Origin: the human T2T-CHM13v2.0 reference genome, Homo sapiens
Strand: one strand, 5' to 3'
NCBI RefSeq assembly: GCF_009914755.1
Contig: NC_060942.1
Length of the DNA stretch: 64,000 nucleotides
The translations under genes were made by a program, and so were the position numbers. Of the stretch, positions 26,885-41,464 are shown piece by piece (the stretch's first letter is position 1; every line of letters begins with the position of its first letter). The notes beneath the pieces were generated by a model. It saw nothing but the letters and a program-made list of their open reading frames with translations, did no database searches and was not told the DNA's origin.

Positions 26885-29800
26885 AAAAAGAAAGTTTCTT
26901 CTATAGGATCCTTAACCCCCAACTGATATATTATCCCCACTTTCCCTCTTTAACTATACTCTTTCCATCAAAGCTTTTCAGTTCACTATGGCCTACAGTC
27001 ATTGCTCCTTTTTTGTTTGAGTAATAAGCAATAGACCATTGTTACACTTAATCATAAGTTGCACTGTGAAATTAATTGCATTGTCAAACTGAGCTTTTTT
27101 ATGTTTTATATGATTATTTAATGTTTTATGTATTTGTCTTTGTTGACCAACGGGACTTGATGCTATCAGTAGTAAGACTACTTTTCCACATCACTACATT
27201 TTGCATTTCCTCAGCACATTGCATTGAGCTAGGCACATAGCAAAAACCCAAGATACATTTGCACATGTTTTATCAGATACTTAGCTGCTTATTTAATTAT
27301 TTCCAGCACCCAGGTCATCTGACCTTACTGGGGGAATGTAAATGGTAGAAAAATTTCAGTTCCTATTCAGTGTCTCATGTGGTTAGAACTGAGCATCAAT
27401 GAGGTGAGGTAGAATGTACTTCATCATTAATGTCTCCCTTCAGAAACTGCACAATGACAGCCTAAAGTTTTTTTTTTCTTTTTTCCCCCCACATATATAT
27501 TTGAATGCTCAGAAAAGATAAGAAAGCCTGAAGAAGAACAGATGTGTTAGAAGTGTGAAATGGATTAACATCAAAGCCCCCTGGGAAAAATCTGAAACAT
27601 GAAATGCAGGCTCCTGACTGACAAGAGCTATTCAGAGAGCGTTCAAAGCCCGGCAGTGCATTTCGGGCTGTGTCTCTTCCTGAGCTGTGAGAGGCCTGTG
27701 TGGCAGGTAGAGATGCTCGGGGAAAAAAAAATCCCTTTCTGAACTTTGGGGAAATGTAGCCTCTGCGTGTGCTGATGTGCAAGAGAAGGGAAAGGCAAGG
27801 CACTTTTTTTTTAACCATGAAAAGACACAGTCTGTTTCATATATAGGCAGAGAAACAAGCCACTGATGTATTTGATACGAAGGGTAGTGGGAAGCACTCC
27901 ATGCATAAAATCCTGCTTACCCATCACAGTGACTCCAGTGTTCAGTATTTATGAGTAATTCTTCTGGTCTTTGCAGGCTAGAAGCAGTAAGTACCCAATA
28001 TCCCTTGTCATTCTACCATGACCTCATAGATTTTAAAGAATCAGGAAAAACTAGTTATTTATTTTCATTCCTTAGTAGTACAAGGCCAGAAGCTAGAAAC
28101 TACATTATCTTTCACAATAATTTCACACTAGTTATTTTTAACTTATAATATTTTTAGAAAATATATTTGTTTTAAACACATAAACTTGGCTGTTTGTCAA
28201 AGTTGAAGGGTAAATTTAGTGACAGCTTAGATCTGGAAATCCTGAATGTGATTTGATAAAGATAAATATAATAAGACAAAAAGTGGGAGAGACCCCTTTG
28301 GAATTACAGTGAGCATCCTAATTAGAGAATGTGTCCCACCCATTATTATAGATCTTAAGACTGAGTTATCACCTCACTTTATGACCATGCTTTCAATGGT
28401 TAGACCTTTAGATTGTGACTGCAAAGCAATTAGACCTTTGATTCTTCTTTTCAAAGCCGCAGTGAAACACCTATAAACAAAATGGTCCTTAGGCATTTAA
28501 CCTTGCAGCCCCCATGGGGGTATATTTAAAATGATAAGACCTTCTTTATGAAGGTGAGATTGATGGTGGAGGAAAGTCAAAAGACATTGAAATTGCACCT
28601 GCCAAATAAAGTGATTCTACTTTTCATAAACTAACTCCAGAAGCCATTTTTTTGTCTCTTAGGAAAGTTAGAAGATAGTGGAAAATGTCTATTTACTTGT
28701 AATGAAGAATCATGAATATCCCAACTCATCTCCTATCAGAACTTACACCCACTAAGGAAAACGCACTTCTGTTCCAACCTTTTCTACACAATTTAAAATA
28801 TCAATTAATTAACTGAGTCAACAAATATTTATTAGGAGTGTCTGATTTTCTAGGCAATATTGTGGGAATACGAGTGAGAACAAAAATTTTTGATTATGAT
28901 TGATGCATCTCACACTGGGTAATTATTTATGTAAATCAACCATGTGGCGTTTGTCATATCTGCTTTTTTATTGTTGGCTATATTATTTCTTTTCATGTTA
29001 CCCATCTCCACCAATTTTTATCTACATTGAATGTTATTGAAATATTATTGAAGTAAATATAGTGTTGCAATTTGTGATTCATCTGCAGAGTCAAGTACTT
29101 GTGGGTTTAAATCCTACATTCTTAATTTAATGACTTTGGCAACATTTAGAAATGTCTTTGTTCGTCCATTGCTAATGTCTCCAATAGTCTTTTTTAAAAA
29201 TTGCAAAATGTGAAAAAAAAAGATTGCTTTGCTGATGTTGTGATTCAACAAATGTAATAGACATAAAGAACTTAGCATGATGCTTTGACAAAGATGCTCA
29301 ATGGTGTCATTGATGAGGGTAGACACCATAGCTTCTCTGTCCACTCAGTCCCCTGGAAAGCCTTGTGCATTACCTAATGAGGTTGATACCTAATGCAGGT
29401 ACATTGATTAATTTTGATGAATCTGTTACTAAAATGTTTAATGTTTTGTCAAAGAAAAACTTTCTTGGCATTTACAAATATGTAAAGCTGGCTCTATGTG
29501 TGTGACTGTCAGTGTGATACAATTTGAGATTCATGAAGAAGTACAAGGCCCTAGTTCCACTGAACTGTTTTGTTTCCTAGAATCTTCTGATAATTAAAAT
29601 CATTTTCAAGATAAGCATTATCTTTTATTGCAGACCACTTTTTAAGTGTAGATATCACAAAGATGGGTAGCATACAAATTTATTAACTTTTTCTATAACT
29701 TAATTCATCAAAATAAATATCTAAATTTTAAAAACATCACTCATAGATCCCTCAGTTACAGAAAATATCTCATTCATCTTTGTGTTCACAGTACATAGAA

Positions 29801-31354
29801 AAGTAGATAGTAGGCACTTAATTTTATTCAAATGGATCAATGTATAAATCCATGCATGGATAAGAAAGACTGTTCTTTCAAAAACATGCTAGTGTGTATT
29901 TAGTTTTGGGGTTTGTGCTGGTGGGGTTGATTGGTTGGTACAAGCTACTGAGCTGTGAATGGGATCGGAATTTAAGTGGTTGAAGCACAGAATACTGAAA
30001 AATATTTTTCCTACCTTATAATTTTCCATCTTTTCTCTGGTGACATCAAACAGCCATTTGTCTAGACTGTGACTTAAGGTCTGTCACAATCTACAGAGGA
30101 CAATCTTGGTCTTATTTATGTTGAGAATTGGGGCAGAATTCCTCCCCTGAGCCAGAGAGTTTCTTTTCCACCAGAGGCATTATTGTGAAGCTGCTAAGGG
30201 AGCTTCGACTGCTCATTTCCTCTAAGGTTAAAAAAAAAGAAAAAGGAAAAAACAGAAAAACAAGAAACCAGTAGAGGTGAGTTATTACCTAACTACAGAT
30301 ATTATCTGAGGGTAAAATCTGGAGCTGTAGGGAATACTTGATCTTAAATTTTTATCTCAAACTTTTGAAGAATAAAAAAGAAATCTGAACAGTATAGGTA
30401 CTTATTTCTGTAAAAAAATTTTTTTTTGTGAGAAGATTACAATCAACACATTTTCCCTTTTACTGAACTTGGATGTCTGCTTGAGGCTATTGTGTGGTGT
30501 TTAGCTAGTGTCTTCTAAATTGTTCATGAATTTTCCACCAACTCATTCTTTATATGGGAAGTTGTCATTTGAAAAAGAAAAACTTGAGTTACAAATGTAT
30601 CCTTTGCCGTCCTGGCTGGAGTAGACTGGGTAGTAGGGTGAAGTGTCTGCCTCTAATTATGGAGAGAGAAATACTGACACAGGGAGGGAGAGCACCATAG
30701 AGAGCTTCCTCTCTAAGAGTTTAAATCACTATCATGACTTACATTACAGAGTTCACATAGTAGGAAATTAACACTAGCATTTGAATATATGAAATCAGAA
30801 AAATGTATTGATATATTTTTATTCTTGCTATTAAGGAATTATTATTAAATTGATAAAAGCAAGGGAAGAAGGAAGAAGCAGTACTAGAGATGAGTTGGTA
30901 ACAACCTGGGCCACAAAATGATGACTAGATGTATCTACCAGAATAGAAGCCCAGAAAATATGAAAGGTGTCAATAGAAGGAAACTGAGGTGATTAGGTGT
31001 CAACATCAGAGAGATATCATGCAAGCAACTGGAAAATAGTTCAACACCTAGGTAAAGAAAATAATTTGAAAGGTTTGGTGGGAGGTGGTAAGTAGATATT
31101 TAAAGAGATACATGGTTGGAACCAGAGAGACCTGATGGTGGAAAAGAGAGACCAGAACCCAGCCATGTCCCAGTCTACAGGAAATTATCAATGTCACTTA
31201 GGACACGGGGTTCAAACCCAAAGTTAGTGTCAAACAGGGAAACTACTGAGTTATTAAAATTGGACACACAGTAGGAGTTATTATGAGATATAAGACAAAA
31301 AATATCAGTTGCTGAAAACTAAGCATGACTAACATCCTGCTAATTAAATGATGA

Positions 31355-31681
<327 letters not shown>

Positions 31682-31910
31682 TGAACCAACAGGCCCCACT
31701 GTCTGCGATGCATTTAGCTTGTAGTTACGGATTCAAGGTTTTCTTGGGTCGAGATCCATGTGAATCATCAAAATACTTATGCCAACAACAAGTGTCTCAC
31801 AACAACCTAGAGAACAGCCCTTAACATGAGACTATTGAACAGCCTCTACATTCACAAGGTAACTGTAAAGAAGTTCATGAAACCATGACATTTATTTAAA
31901 AAGTAGATTT

Positions 31911-31914
<4 letters not shown>

Positions 31915-31942
<28 letters not shown>
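31915..31942. repeat. (TA)14 microsatellite
   Basis: Read directly from the sequence. Confidence 0.97.
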
Positions 31943-31947
<5 letters not shown>

Positions 31948-33127
31948 CATCAATTGTTCCATTCAAGATACGAATTAATCTATGTACAAAGAGTGTATGT
32001 CTGCGAGAGGAGTAGGTGGACAGAAGTAAAGAGGATGTTATTAAAGAATGTGATCTAAAAGCGGCAACTGACAGCTATCAAGAGCACTAGACAGGAGATT
32101 GTACTGTCACACAGAACAATAATAAATGATGTTGACTTTGTCCTATTTTCTTTGCTTTAAAAAGCAAAGAAACTTACAAAACTGCCTCGAAAGTTTCCCA
32201 GACAACATGGTTACATATTGGGAAGTGGGGTTGGGAAAGCTATGTGTAAGCACAAATTACCTGAAAAACCACTTGAGTGTAACACTTTCTTTCCAGGTGA
32301 CTTTGGATGCATGAGAGGCAAGATATAGTTCTAGGAATACCACAATTAATGAGAGAAATTAAAAAAATAAAACTTAACCTTATTCAGAAAACACGGAAGT
32401 GACATCACTAGCGCTATTGCTCAATATGCCCTTTCTGAACTAAAAATGAATAATAAAAGGGTATATAAGAATTTCTGATCCTGTAATCTTCAGTTTTCAG
32501 CCTAATGACTGAAAGTCTAAAGTCTTCTCCGTAGAAGTAGCTGCTCAGCAGAGATTCACTTAAGTCTTGGATATTAGAGGCTTTATCCGTTTATTTGATG
32601 ATTGGAATTTTCTGCCCATTATTGATCCCTGCCACTCTTATGAACAACTTAAGTGTCTGACACAAGTGAGTTGATAAAATAGACTGTATTTTTTATCCAC
32701 TAACTGGCACTTCATATATTGTCCAAAATCTGTCATGAGCTTTGCAACATTTCCACAGCAATAGCACCTGCCTATTCAGGGATCATATATCAAGGTGCAT
32801 TCAGTTCATCTGCCACAACAGGAATTGGCTGCTGCTGTTTATATTTTCCCCCCCAACTCTTATCATGAAGTTACCCCTTACCCTTACTTTTGAAAAAAAA
32901 TGGGACATACTTCCAGGATTATTTTCTTCAATATTTCTCTATCTAACAAAGTTATGTGTTTTATAATTTTTGGTATCTGTTAGGTTACATACATTTACCT
33001 GCTTGAGGAAATATATGAGAAGAAATATTCAAACTTGATAGATGTCAGTAATGCTACCTAAACATTTTCAAGGCATGTAAAATCAACCCCTATCTCTAAA
33101 ATATTGGAGAGAGAGGATCCAGTTTTT

Positions 33128-33446
<319 letters not shown>

Positions 33447-33479
33447 CAGATCTAGTTTTTAAATGCCAATGCAATACCA

Positions 33480-33660
33480 GATGTTTTCTACATGCATTAT
33501 TTCATTTAACACTCACAGAAATCCTGTGTGGAGCCCTTGATTTTGATTTTTACTGTTGAAGAAACATCAAAGTTCGCTGGTGTTATATTCAGTGGTTTGC
33601 AAGACCAGGATAAGAAGTTAATTCATGGATCTCTAACACCCAGTCTATTTCAATTATACC
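33480..33660 (-). mobile_element. MIR fragment
   Basis: catgcattatttcatttaacactcacagaaatcctgtg...tttactgttgaagaaac. Confidence 0.6.
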
Positions 33661-33894
33661 AATGACATTGCAAAATCACAGCATATATGTGCTCAGAAGT
33701 ATATAATAATACTGACAGCAATAGCATAATAACCAAACTACATTTGGTTAATAGCTAAATTAACCAAAGCCAATATTTATTGATATTTACCATGTCATAG
33801 GTAATTTTTAGTTATAACCTCATTGAATCAGTAAAACAGCTCTTTGGAAAAAGAAAAGTTTAGCTATTCTTATTTTAAAAATAAAAAACTTGCC

Positions 33895-34138
33895 TTAAGA
33901 CCAGGAGTTCTCTACCAGACTGGGGAACATGACAAGACTCTGTCTGTACGCATAATAATAATAATAAAAGACTGAGCCTGGCAGCACATTCCTGTAGTTC
34001 CGGTGACTTAGAAGGCTAAGGCAGGAGCATTACCTGAGCCCAGAAGTTCAAGGCTGCAGTGAACTATGATCACATGACTGCACTACAGTCTAGATGACAG
34101 AGCAAGACACTGTCTCAAAAAATAATATAAATTAAAAA
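33895..34138 (+). mobile_element. AluJ, 5'-truncated, inserted in an antisense MIR
   Basis: gagcccagaagttcaaggctgcagtgaactatgatc...gacagagcaagacactgtctcaaaaa. MIR-like sequence lies on both sides (about 33775-33894 and 34140-34250). Confidence 0.88.
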
Positions 34139-34289
34139 TCAAGGCAAAGAAAAGGAATGTAATTTGCTCAAGTTTGCATAAAAGGTAGTTATGGGCAGGT
34201 ATTTAACCCCATGCCTGACTCCAAAGTTCATAGTCATAACAACTATGACAAGTGCTTAAATATGGTAAGCGCTTCCACATTCATTTTAT

Positions 34290-34425
34290 TTGAGCCTATA
34301 AAACTTTATGACAGGGGTACAGCAAGCATCCACTCACTTTACAGGCAATGAAATGGAGAGTCAGACTTGCATACAGCTAGTAAGTGGCAAGGCAATGTCT
34401 TTAGCTTGGGTATTCTGACTCCAGT
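34290..34425 (-). mobile_element. MIR fragment
   Basis: ttttacaggcaatgaaatggag...catacagctagtaagtggcaag...tctgactcca. Confidence 0.65.
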
Positions 34426-35744
34426 GTACACATTTGCTATTATACCCTACAGGGTGTCCATGATGTTTATATAATGGAGAGAAAAGAGAGTACAACTCTT
34501 TGTGAAAGAAGAAATAAATTTCCGTATTCCTCCATAACTTGTATATACAAAGTACACTGGACATCCTTAAAAGAGTATAGAAAGTTTGAAACAAGTCTTT
34601 TCATCTCCTTCAACTGATTTTCTCAGCTATCTAATAATAGCCTCACAAATCTGTTGTTAAGGAGAAACATTGTGTGTGAATGTTCACCTCCTTCCTTGGC
34701 CCAGAAAGTCATGAAGATTTAACACTATTTTAGAATAAACAAAATACAATTTTTGCCCTCAAGCAGGTTGCAGTCAGTTTATGAGGATAAGAATATGCAT
34801 CATAAAACAATGACTAAAAAACGTGTGTGATGTATGCTGTAGATATTTAACAACATAGAAAATTAGTGAGGGATGATATTATCGGGCCAACCTTGTGTAG
34901 AGCTGCTGAGCTGAATCTTCAAGGATGAACTTTCCAAGAGAGGGTGGGATTCCAGATGAAGGCAGTAATGTGGCTCTCAATGATAATCTCTGTGGTTTTC
35001 TTTAATTGGCCACCTTGGAAAATGTCTTTGGGCTGCATTCTTTTACGGTTCCACAGAAGTGTTTTAGGCATAGACAGAGTAGCTGGTTCCCTGATTAGTG
35101 TCTGCAGTTCACCATTCATCATTAATTTTTGAGTTCCTTATTCAGACCTCTAGGAATGTACTGAAAAAAACACACAAACTCCCAGAAAGGGCAATAATGC
35201 AAATATTTCCCTAACATTGCATCTTTACATATATGCACTTCTTAGATTGTTATTCTGTCTAAGAGCTAACTGAACGCAAAAGACTAAGGGATGAAAATGT
35301 TGAAAAGAAATAACGAGGGGACACAACAGAGGAATTTTAACCCTGGTTGGAAGTTCTAATATGGTCTTGCTGATAGCATTGGGTAGTAGGAGGGCATTGA
35401 GTACCCTGAGAAAAGGAAACCTAAAAGTCTTTTGGTGGCCATGTAACAATCTCTTTTTTCCCAGCTTATGTTTGAGCCCATCTACCAACCTGTTTAGGGA
35501 GATACAATATTTGCTTAGAAAACACATGGAGTCTGGGAGACAAAAAATAACAGATGCAGTTCTGCTAAGCCCAGTTTTCCTGTCAGCCACAAACATTTCC
35601 ACTATTTTCATATCCCAATCAATCCCCGTTTATATCAGTCTCTCTTTGAATTGACTTAAGTAAGGAGAAATTATGTATGCATGAATTTGCCAGCACCTCA
35701 AAAGCAGAGAGCTTTCTTTCTACTACCAAAGCACAGTGACAGAG

Positions 35745-36460
35745 GTTGTTGGTACCAAAGGCTCATATTCCCTCAACACTCCAACACTTTTCCAAGCAAG
35801 CGGAACAGATTTGGACTAAAAGCAGCAGCAACTCTTGGCCTTAGGGCTTTCTCTGCCCACAGGTGCCCGGTCAGCCATGAGAGCAAGGTGGGTCAGAGGT
35901 GCAGGAGAGTTAATATCTCCTGTGAGATGCCCTTAACTAAGTGCCAACAGGAATTTGTGGATAATTACCCTAGTTGTCACTTTGGGTGGATACCTCTGGT
36001 ATGAACTTTTTAAGCTGCCTCCCAGTGATTGCTTCTGGAATACAGCTCTTGTTGCCCAAAGTAGTAACACAGTTAATAACATACCATTCATTCTTGTTTT
36101 TTTTTTTTTTTTTTTTTTGAGGTGGAGTCTCACTCTGTCACCCAGGCTGGAGTGCAGTGGCGTGATCTAGGCTCACTGCAAGCTCCGCCTCCCGGGTTCA
36201 TGCTATTCTCCTGCCTCACGTCCCGAGTAGCTGTGACTACAGGCACCCGTCACCACGCCCGGCTAATTTTTTGTGTTTTTAGTAGAGACGGGGTTTCACC
36301 ATGTTAGCCAGGAGGGTCTCCATCTCCTGACCTCGTCATCTGCCTGCCTTGGCCTCACAAAGTGCTGGCTGTTTTCTGTCTTACTTCTTCACTCTCTTCG
36401 TGGAGTTTCCCTGCATCACCTACCAGATGAGCTATTTGCATTGAAATCATTGCATCAGGA
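35745..36460 (+). mobile_element. LTR16-family (ERVL) LTR interrupted by an AluY
   Basis: The 3' part ctgtcttacttcttcactct...tttccctgcatcacctaccagatgagctatttgcattgaaatcattgcatcagg resembles the LTR16 end; gttgcccaaagtagtaac lies upstream. The 5' boundary is approximate. Confidence 0.65.
36097..36368 (-). mobile_element. AluY, 5'-truncated by about 30 nt
   Basis: Y diagnostics cactgcaagctccgcc and gttagccagga; T22 tail; body ends at aagtgctgg. Confidence 0.93.
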
Positions 36461-36679
36461 AAGTATCCTACTTATAATGATAGATTTTTCACATAAGTAA
36501 AATGCATACCATTGGCTCCCCTTTAAGTCCTGGCATTCTCATTGCAAAACGTAACACAAGTTTATCACATTTTACAGCTAAACAACAACAAAAATCTTTA
36601 AAGCTGCTTTAAATAACATCTTCATTTCTACCCAAAGAAGCCAAGTAAGAAGCCCATTAATAGTAATGCTTTGCTCTTG

Positions 36680-36960
36680 TGCATAATTTTGCACTTTTTA
36701 AAGCACTTTCCCGTATTTAATCATATTTGATCCTCATGACAACCATTTACAAAATGTAGGGCAATGCTAGCTTGAGGGACAATGTGGAGTGGTGGAAAGA
36801 GTTATCTGAACTGGGAGTCTAGAGACCTGATTCTGTCAGTAATTAGCAATGCAACCACAGACAAGTCCTTAACCCTCTCTGGGCCTCAGTGTCCTCATCA
36901 CTGCATGAAGGGCCAGTCTGTGAAATTTTCAAGATTGTTTCAGCTGGTAACAATTTATGA
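36680..36960. mobile_element. Two adjacent MIR fragments in opposite orientation
   Basis: Antisense tcatatttgatcctcatgacaacc, then sense ctgggagtctagagacctg...acaagtccttaaccctctctgggcctcagtgtcctcatc. Confidence 0.65.
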
Positions 36961-37696
36961 GACCCAAAGACAGAGATGGAGGGTAGAACATGTGGGTGTG
37001 GGATGGCTTTCCTAAGTTTAGACAATGGTGAGTAGCAGAACTAGAACTAACATCAAAATCTACCAATTTTAGAGCAAAGATGCATTAAGTAGAAAATTAC
37101 ATCAAGCATTGGTGGAAAAGCTCTCATACAAGCCATAGAGAACACATTATATACCACACATTATCATCAATCTTGAAAATATCCTGTAAGGTATCTTTTA
37201 TGGTCAATCTACAGATGAAGAACCGTAGACTCCAACTACTTATGTTACTAGGCTTAGGTCACAAGCTATCAGTGGAACTTCTGATATCTGAGCCCTGTTT
37301 GTATGATCCCCAAACCATCCTCTTTTATTAAACAAGTGGTTTGTGTTCTGGTACATCTCACTTCTAATACGATATATTAGAAGTTGGATATGTTTGGTTT
37401 CCAATCTTGACTCCTTCCCTGATTATATTTTCTTATCTATAAAATGGACGTAAGTTTCCCTTAAGGTTATCGACACGATTAGAAGTGATGAAGAATTCAG
37501 CTTTAGAAAATTGGCCTTTCCTGACTATATCTTACTCTTCTTTTCTACTTTGTTAATTTTTCTGCAAAACCAGCAAAACTAGCCCACATTGGCAGTTTCA
37601 TAAAGCTAAATCCTGCCTCTCTTCTGCAGACACACACATGGGTAAGGCTGGAAGGCTGCATAGTGTGTGGAAAACTACAAATATATATATAAAATA

Positions 37697-37980
37697 TTTT
37701 TTTTGAGATGGAGTATCACTTTGTTGCCTATGGTGGAGTGCAGTGGTGTGATCATAACTCATTGCAACCTCCAACTCCTGGGCTCAAGTGATCCTCAGGC
37801 CTCAGCTTCCTGAGTAGCAGGGAGTACAGGCATGCACCACCTTGCCTGACTAATTATTTTTTGTAGAGACACGTTATACCTGTGTTGCCCAGGCTGGTTT
37901 CAAACTTCTGGGCTCAAGCTATTCTTCCACTTTGGCCTTCCAAAGCATGGAATTATTGTCATGATCCACAAAATCAGGCC
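37697..37980 (-). mobile_element. AluJ
   Basis: Contains aactcctgggctcaagtgatcctc. 15-bp TSD gaaaacta(ca/tg)aatat at 37670-37684 and 37982-37996. Confidence 0.92.
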
Positions 37981-39686
37981 AGAAAACTATGAATATCTTG
38001 TAAATTTATTTTTCCTTTGTCCTGTCTGTGTCCTGATTCCAGGCTATTAGATTTGTGGAAAAAGTCTACCTCCATCTATGATCCTAGTATTCTTATTATA
38101 TTTACTTACTCTCCATTGCTTATTCTTCTCAACATTTTACTGGTGAGTCTGTTTGTGTCCATCCACATGCACGTATGTGTTGGAAGTGAGTATAGAGGAG
38201 AATCTTCCACTCATTTTCAGATTCTGCTAGAAGCAATAAATAACTAATGGACTATGACTATACCATAAGTCTAGAAGGACATATTGCATATACCAGGGAA
38301 ATTGCATAATAATTACATTTTAGCTTAAATAAAAGCAGAGAAAGTTTAATTAAGACTTTTAATTAATAGTTGAAAGATTAATCAATCAATAATTACAGTA
38401 ATGATTATAGGGTATAATTAAGTTTAATTGGTGGGGGCTGATTAATGATCAGAATAAACCTTTCAGATTCCCTGTCTTAAACATATTCAAAAATGATAGA
38501 TTTTGGCTCATGCAATTAAAAAGAAATGCAAGAATTACAGATCATGGGTCTTTGGCAACTAGACCATGAAAGGGAAAACACATGATTGAAGTAAAGAAAT
38601 TGTTCTATTGTTCAGCCTGTATATTACTATACTGCTGGTCTGTACAAATTTGAGAATAATGGAGGAAAATATGCATCTAAGGAAGTCTACAGAAAAAAAG
38701 AAGAAATTACTTGAGACAGTTTCTTTGGAAGCTCATTTCTCAGGGGTACTCTTTCGATCTCCAAGGGCAAAATGGTTGTGTGAATTCAAATGACATTCTT
38801 ATCAGTTCGTCATAGGAATAGATTCAGTAGAGGATCAGACATCTCAAGGACACAGTTTCTGTTTATAAGATGAAGACCCCTCTCCCTTCTGCCTGATCTG
38901 TTCTAATCAAATCCAAGTGGCTACTGGGACCAATGTCAATTCTACCTGAATAATTGATTCAATTCTCTTTGGAGAATTGGTAGGTGATCTCATTTCAGTG
39001 TCCTCTCACTGATGAGAATGAATCCTACAATGCACTGCTCAGATGGAGACATACATGCTCAGGGGTTGAGTGAGTGTTTTTTTGGTTTTCCCAAGTAGAC
39101 AGCACCATATTCTTGATCCTGCACACCGTTCTCAGAAAATAATGCAAATGTAGTCTCAATATTTATGAATATATAAACAAGATTAGTCGTATAAGAAGAT
39201 AACCTCACAAAGTACTTTTAAAAGTCTTTCAGCTCATCAGAAAATCAATTTTAGCTACAAATTGGAAATTGACTGCTCCCACATTTACTAATGACTTACA
39301 CCCATTTCCCCTTGTCTCTCTCTAAGTTACATGTGTTCTCTCAACCTAAATGCAATAACTGTCATGGCAAGGATTCTCTATGCAAAAGCACTTAACTAAG
39401 CAGTTCAGGAACTCAGTCAATGTTTTTATTGATTATCTACTCTATTTGTCCAAACATATACTGGTCACTGTGGTAGATGTAAGTAAAGGGAAAGATTGTG
39501 TATCCCTGCCCTTAAAGTCTGTACGCTATCACATATTACTGATTGAGATCATAATGTAGTGATAAACAATGGAATTAAAGCAGAACATTAATTTTTGACC
39601 CATTCATATTTGCTATATGGTTTTGGACAAATTACCTAAACTCTCTTGTCCTCAGTTACTTCATCTGTTAAAAAAAATCTGATTTT

Positions 39687-40020
<334 letters not shown>

Positions 40021-40039
40021 TTATCACTCCCACTGACAT

Positions 40040-40250
40040 ACTCCAGTGCAAGTCTGACACTAACCATCGGAGTTAGCACAGACTTCATAAGTGAAAGTAC
40101 AGTTGTCACTAAGTTTACCCTTACTTCAGAAGCTAATCACCACTTCCAGGGGTCCCAGACTACCCAGCTTTTGACCAACTGGCTACAAATTTTGCCATTC
40201 CCACTACCACCTTAGTTTTGATAATTTATTACAATGATTCACAGAACTAT
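40040..40250. mobile_element. MER21-family LTR fragment
   Basis: tctgacactaaccatcggagttagcacagac...tgaccaactggctacaaat...gataattt...cacagaact. Confidence 0.75.
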
Positions 40251-40399
40251 AGCTGACATAGAAGTAAAGCTAGATTTTGCAGGGTAAGTATAATTTGTTA
40301 GAGAAAAAATCTCATATATTTCCTGTAAGCTATCAATGTATTCACAATAATATAACAAATACAGGTTTGCTGATAGTTTTTAAAAAACTTTTTATATAT

Positions 40400-40835
40400 T
40401 AATGGTTTTGAGAAAAAAAGTAGCTCAGAGCAGTTTGAGCTATGTGAGGTTTGCAAACTGTATAATGTCCAGAGAGACGGGAGTATGGGACTTCACCTCT
40501 TCCCAACCCGTGCACCCATGCCTGGGGCAACTGTTTAAAAACAATTTGTTTCTGACTAGCTCCCTTGCCCATATCTTCATGTTCCTGGATTTTGTGATAC
40601 GAAGAAAAGTGTATAGACAATCAATAACTTCTGTTATGTTGATGTAAATTATTGGTAATTAACTTAGAAACTACTTCTTCTTCTTTCTTTAAAAATCCAC
40701 ATGTAACTACTGCTAATCCAAGTGTATATTCAGGGGAATTTGAATTTATGCTCCTGGATGACAATCCTCAAGCTTTGGGCTCAAATAAACTCTATACTGA
40801 ATATTTTTTTCTGAGTTGTATTATTTGAGGTTGAT
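40400..40835 (+). mobile_element. ERV1 LTR, MER34/MER39-like
   Basis: agtagctcagagcagtttgagctatgtgagg...tcctcaagctttgggctcaaataaactctatact...tatttgaggttga. The 5' end may extend to about 40296. Confidence 0.7.
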
Positions 40836-41464
40836 TGTAAAGTCCCAGCTCAAGGGGACCTCAGTGTTTTCATCATGTGACCATGAAAATCAACTTACAA
40901 AGTAAGTAAAGGAGGAACAGCCCTTATGTTGAGTTTCTATTTCCTTTTTCTGTATACAATTGGGCCCAGGAAAAACCAACCAGTCTGGCACTTCGATCAT
41001 CAAGCAAGAACCTGATTCCATTCTAATCACTGTCAATTTCTAGCTTGGTCGGTTTACACAAGATACTTGACCTCTTGAAAATTTATTTTCTCAACCTGCT
41101 GAGAATGGTATATGCTGTGTCTGCCTTGCAAGCTTATCTTCAGACCCAAAAGTGCTTTATAAATTTAGCAAGCTATCTTGTTTTATAATTAAAATCGAAG
41201 GTGGAAATTAAGTAAAAGTTCAAAACAGTCAATATATTCTCCGGTAGTATTATTGCCCCTTCCTGCCACTCCTCTTAACCATTTAGCACTCTATTCCTAT
41301 ACACTCAGGAATAGTTCTATTATTTTGACTAATTGCCCAGCCACTGCTCAGGAAGTTCTAAGAAATGTATTGTGATATCTTTCCCAGTTAGTTTCATAGC
41401 AAATGAGAGAGGCAGACTAAATAATATATATATACAATTTCATTAACAGAAAATATAATATCCT

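Noticed and set aside
30168-30181. CTCF-like ccaccagaggcat
   Set aside because: It lacks the GGGC/GGCG 3' part of the core motif. A similar word at about 51840 is ordinary L1 sequence.
35225-36004. Cluster of 97-128 aa ORFs
   Set aside because: They overlap on both strands, show no recognisable domain or splice context, and lie partly inside an LTR relic.
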